This document shows positions 38,263 through 40,436 of a stretch of DNA of 40,436 bases, piece by piece. The stretch's first letter is position 1, and every line of letters starts with the position of its first letter. The notes beneath the pieces are model-generated. The model saw only the letters and a program-made list of their open reading frames with translations, was not told where the DNA came from and did not search any database. The stretch spans positions 1 through 40,436 of the forward strand of contig JADIIX010000170.1 in the NCBI GenBank assembly GCA_027604505.1. The letters are read 5' to 3'. Both the position numbers and the translations under genes were made by a program. This stretch comes from Gonapodya sp. JEL0774 (Eukaryota).

Positions 38263-39863
38263 ATGGAGACAGAGCACCTCGTAGCTAGCGGCATCGCTGA
38301 ACAGCCAGAAACCAATGTCTCTTCCCTCGAGATACCCTCCTTGATAGTTCGGCGCTCGTCTTCCCTAGAGGCTGTGAACGAAGCAACCTCTAACTCTCAC
38401 GAACATGGCCTTCCTCCTCTCCCCGGCAACTACGGATCACAAGCCCTTCAGCAAGCTATGTCTGCTGCTGTGGCGAGCCACGATCAGAAGGATGCCGAAC
38501 GGCAAACGTCATTCGCGGAAGCGAATGAACCTTCTCCGGAGGATATCGAACTCATTCGATGTGCCAGTGAGTCTTTCCCGGGTAGCTTGACCTTTCAAAT
38601 CTAACCGGAATTAGAATCTACGACGTTACAGAGGAACTCTTCAGGCAAGGACAGTACGAGGAATGCGTTTCAGCCCTAAGAAAGGGAGCCGCTCAGGGCA
38701 TTCCCGCAGCTCAGACTCTTCTGGGCGAGTGCTACGCACAAGGGAAAGGCGTCAAGCAAGACTGGTCTTCGGCAGCGAAATGTTATCGGGTGGCGGCCAT
38801 GCTCGGTGATGGATTCGGATCTTTTCGGCTTGCCGCATGTCTCCAACGGGGAAAAGGGGGAACAACACCCAATGAAAAAGAGGCTTTTGAATGGTATCAA
38901 AAGGCTGGCGCAGCAGGCATTGTTGAAGCTACATTCCGTGCTGCAGTGATCTGTGTCGATAATCAGGACTTGGTCTCGGCAATGAAGCTCTTCATGTCCG
39001 CAGGTCGAAAAGGCCACAGGGAAAGTGCATACAACTGCAAGTATTCAATGCCTTACATGGTGTCTTGCTTAGTAATTCTTGGATCATGCTAATCTTTTAG
39101 TTTAAGTGGGTGTCCTGTTTCAGCAGATTTCCTCAGTAGACAAGAATGCTGAGGCTGAATCCATCAAATGGTTCACAAGATCAGCAAATTTGGGTTCTTC
39201 CAGAGCACTGAACACGTTAGGCAAAATCTTTCAACAGCATGGTAATCTGTCTTTTGCATTGGAGCACTGGACTAAAGCAGCAACACTTGGTATGGCTTCA
39301 ATCCACATGAACACTCTTCACATTTTTACCTCTACTATTTTGGCAGGAAATGCAAAAGCCATGCAAAATCTTGCCATTTGTCACTTGAAGGGTGATGGAG
39401 TAGGTACTGATCCTGTTGAAGCAGTGAGGTCTGCAAATTGAAAAATTGTACATGCATTCTCCACATATCTCATTCTACTCTAATATTTTCCTTCCCAGAT
39501 GGTTTCAGAAAGCAGCAGAAAGAGGCAATGCAAGTGCTGAGTATAACCTGTCTGTGTGCCTTTTGAAAGGTATTGGGGTGGAAACTCCACACTTTGAAGA
39601 AGCACTGAAGCATCTTCAGAAATCTGCTGATAATGAAGATCCAGAGGCTTGCCTTCTGCTTGGAAATATGTTGAGAAGAGGTGTGCTAGCTTTGCAAGGT
39701 TGTTTCCTACTGCCCGAAATACTCCACACCCACCATGTTAGGTGAGCATGCCACCCAGAAAGATGAGCAGCAGGCTCGATTCTACATTTCAAAGGCTGCT
39801 GTGCTTGGAAACAAAGCTGCACAGCTTGCACTGGCTCATTTAAGTGAACATACACCACAATGA
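38263..39863 (+). CDS. Sel1-like repeat protein; multi-exon, one GC-AG intron
   Basis: EAFEWYQKAGAAG, SAYN|LGVLF, KWFTRSANLG, AMQNLAICHLKGDGV, WFQKAAERGNASAEYNLSVCLLKGIGV; stop TGA at 39861-39863. Confidence 0.9.
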
Positions 39864-40036
39864 ATCTGTACTGAAACCATTGTATTGAAACTGATAGAAC
39901 ATCACAATCAACTCGAGTCTAGAGACAACAAATATTTGTCTGAAAAAACAAAGCAGGGTGTTTTTCAGTGATCCAAAAGAAATAATCTGTGCAAATTGCC
40001 GTTTGAGTAATAAATAGTGAGCAATAGTGTGAGGAT

Positions 40037-40221
40037 TGTTGCTGGTGTAACATCGGACATGTGTGTGTAGTGGAATGATGGGGTGTGGGACAAGAATCAG
40101 GGTCCTGAGTGTATATGTATTCTGTGTGTCCAGTCCCGTCGGACTGCTATGTGAGCGCGTCATACAAAAAGATATCCACGCTACACTACGTCCCACGCGT
40201 TGACTCAGTGGTCATACAACA
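40037..40221 (-). repeat. Putative 3' LTR, 185 bp
   Basis: Begins TGTTG immediately after the polypurine tract and ends CAACA (5-bp terminal inverted repeat); second LTR not in window. Confidence 0.7.
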
Positions 40222-40436
40222 CTCCCCCTGGTTCGTTAAAGCTCGCTCCACTCGAGCTAAGTGCATCAGTGCACAAAGTGATAGCCTATCACATCTCGAG
40301 AAGCCCTTGTGCTTGCAAGAGTTTGCGTTGTTGCGCAAAACCTTTCTTACGTGCACGGCGTGTAAGGATCCTCCCATTGGCTGCTGGGTGTTTGCGTTCA
40401 TAGGCATCAACAAGGTCATCAGCAAAGATGAGGCTT
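40037..40436 (-). mobile_element. 3' end of a Ty3/Gypsy chromovirus-like LTR retrotransposon (continues beyond the window)
   Basis: Open minus frame 40435-40289 SLIFADDLVDAYERKHP..., resembling a retroelement chromodomain C-terminal helix; purine tract AGGGGGAG (40229-40222) directly abutting a TGTTG...CAACA-bounded segment. Confidence 0.72.

Overview
Compact, intron-rich eukaryotic DNA, most likely from a zoosporic/early-diverging fungus (inferred from short GT-AG introns with CTRAC-type branch sites and from KIF28-like kinesin, GCP5-like and Hippo-like genes). I reconstructed about 14 spliced protein genes by hand: 3' part of a PDR/ABCG transporter, a GFA protein, two mitochondrial carriers, a Hippo/MST-like kinase, ERV46, TMA20, PWP1, C1D/Rrp47, a divergent dynamin, KIF28-like kinesin-3, GCP5-like, a Sel1-repeat protein, plus two orphans. 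Features missed by the ORF track: two box C/D snoRNA candidates with recognisable 18S guides (one in a PWP1 intron; one SNORD100-like in an apparently non-coding host intron), a TATA-led ~1.6 kb tetraloop-rich region that may be an unannotated ncRNA, a truncated IS630/Tc1-like transposon with a perfect 18-bp palindrome at its end, and the 3' end (chromodomain tail, PPT, 185-bp LTR) of a Gypsy-type retrotransposon beside a sharply CpG-depleted stretch of the Sel1 gene. All family calls are from motif recognition; no searches were run and exon boundaries are manual predictions.
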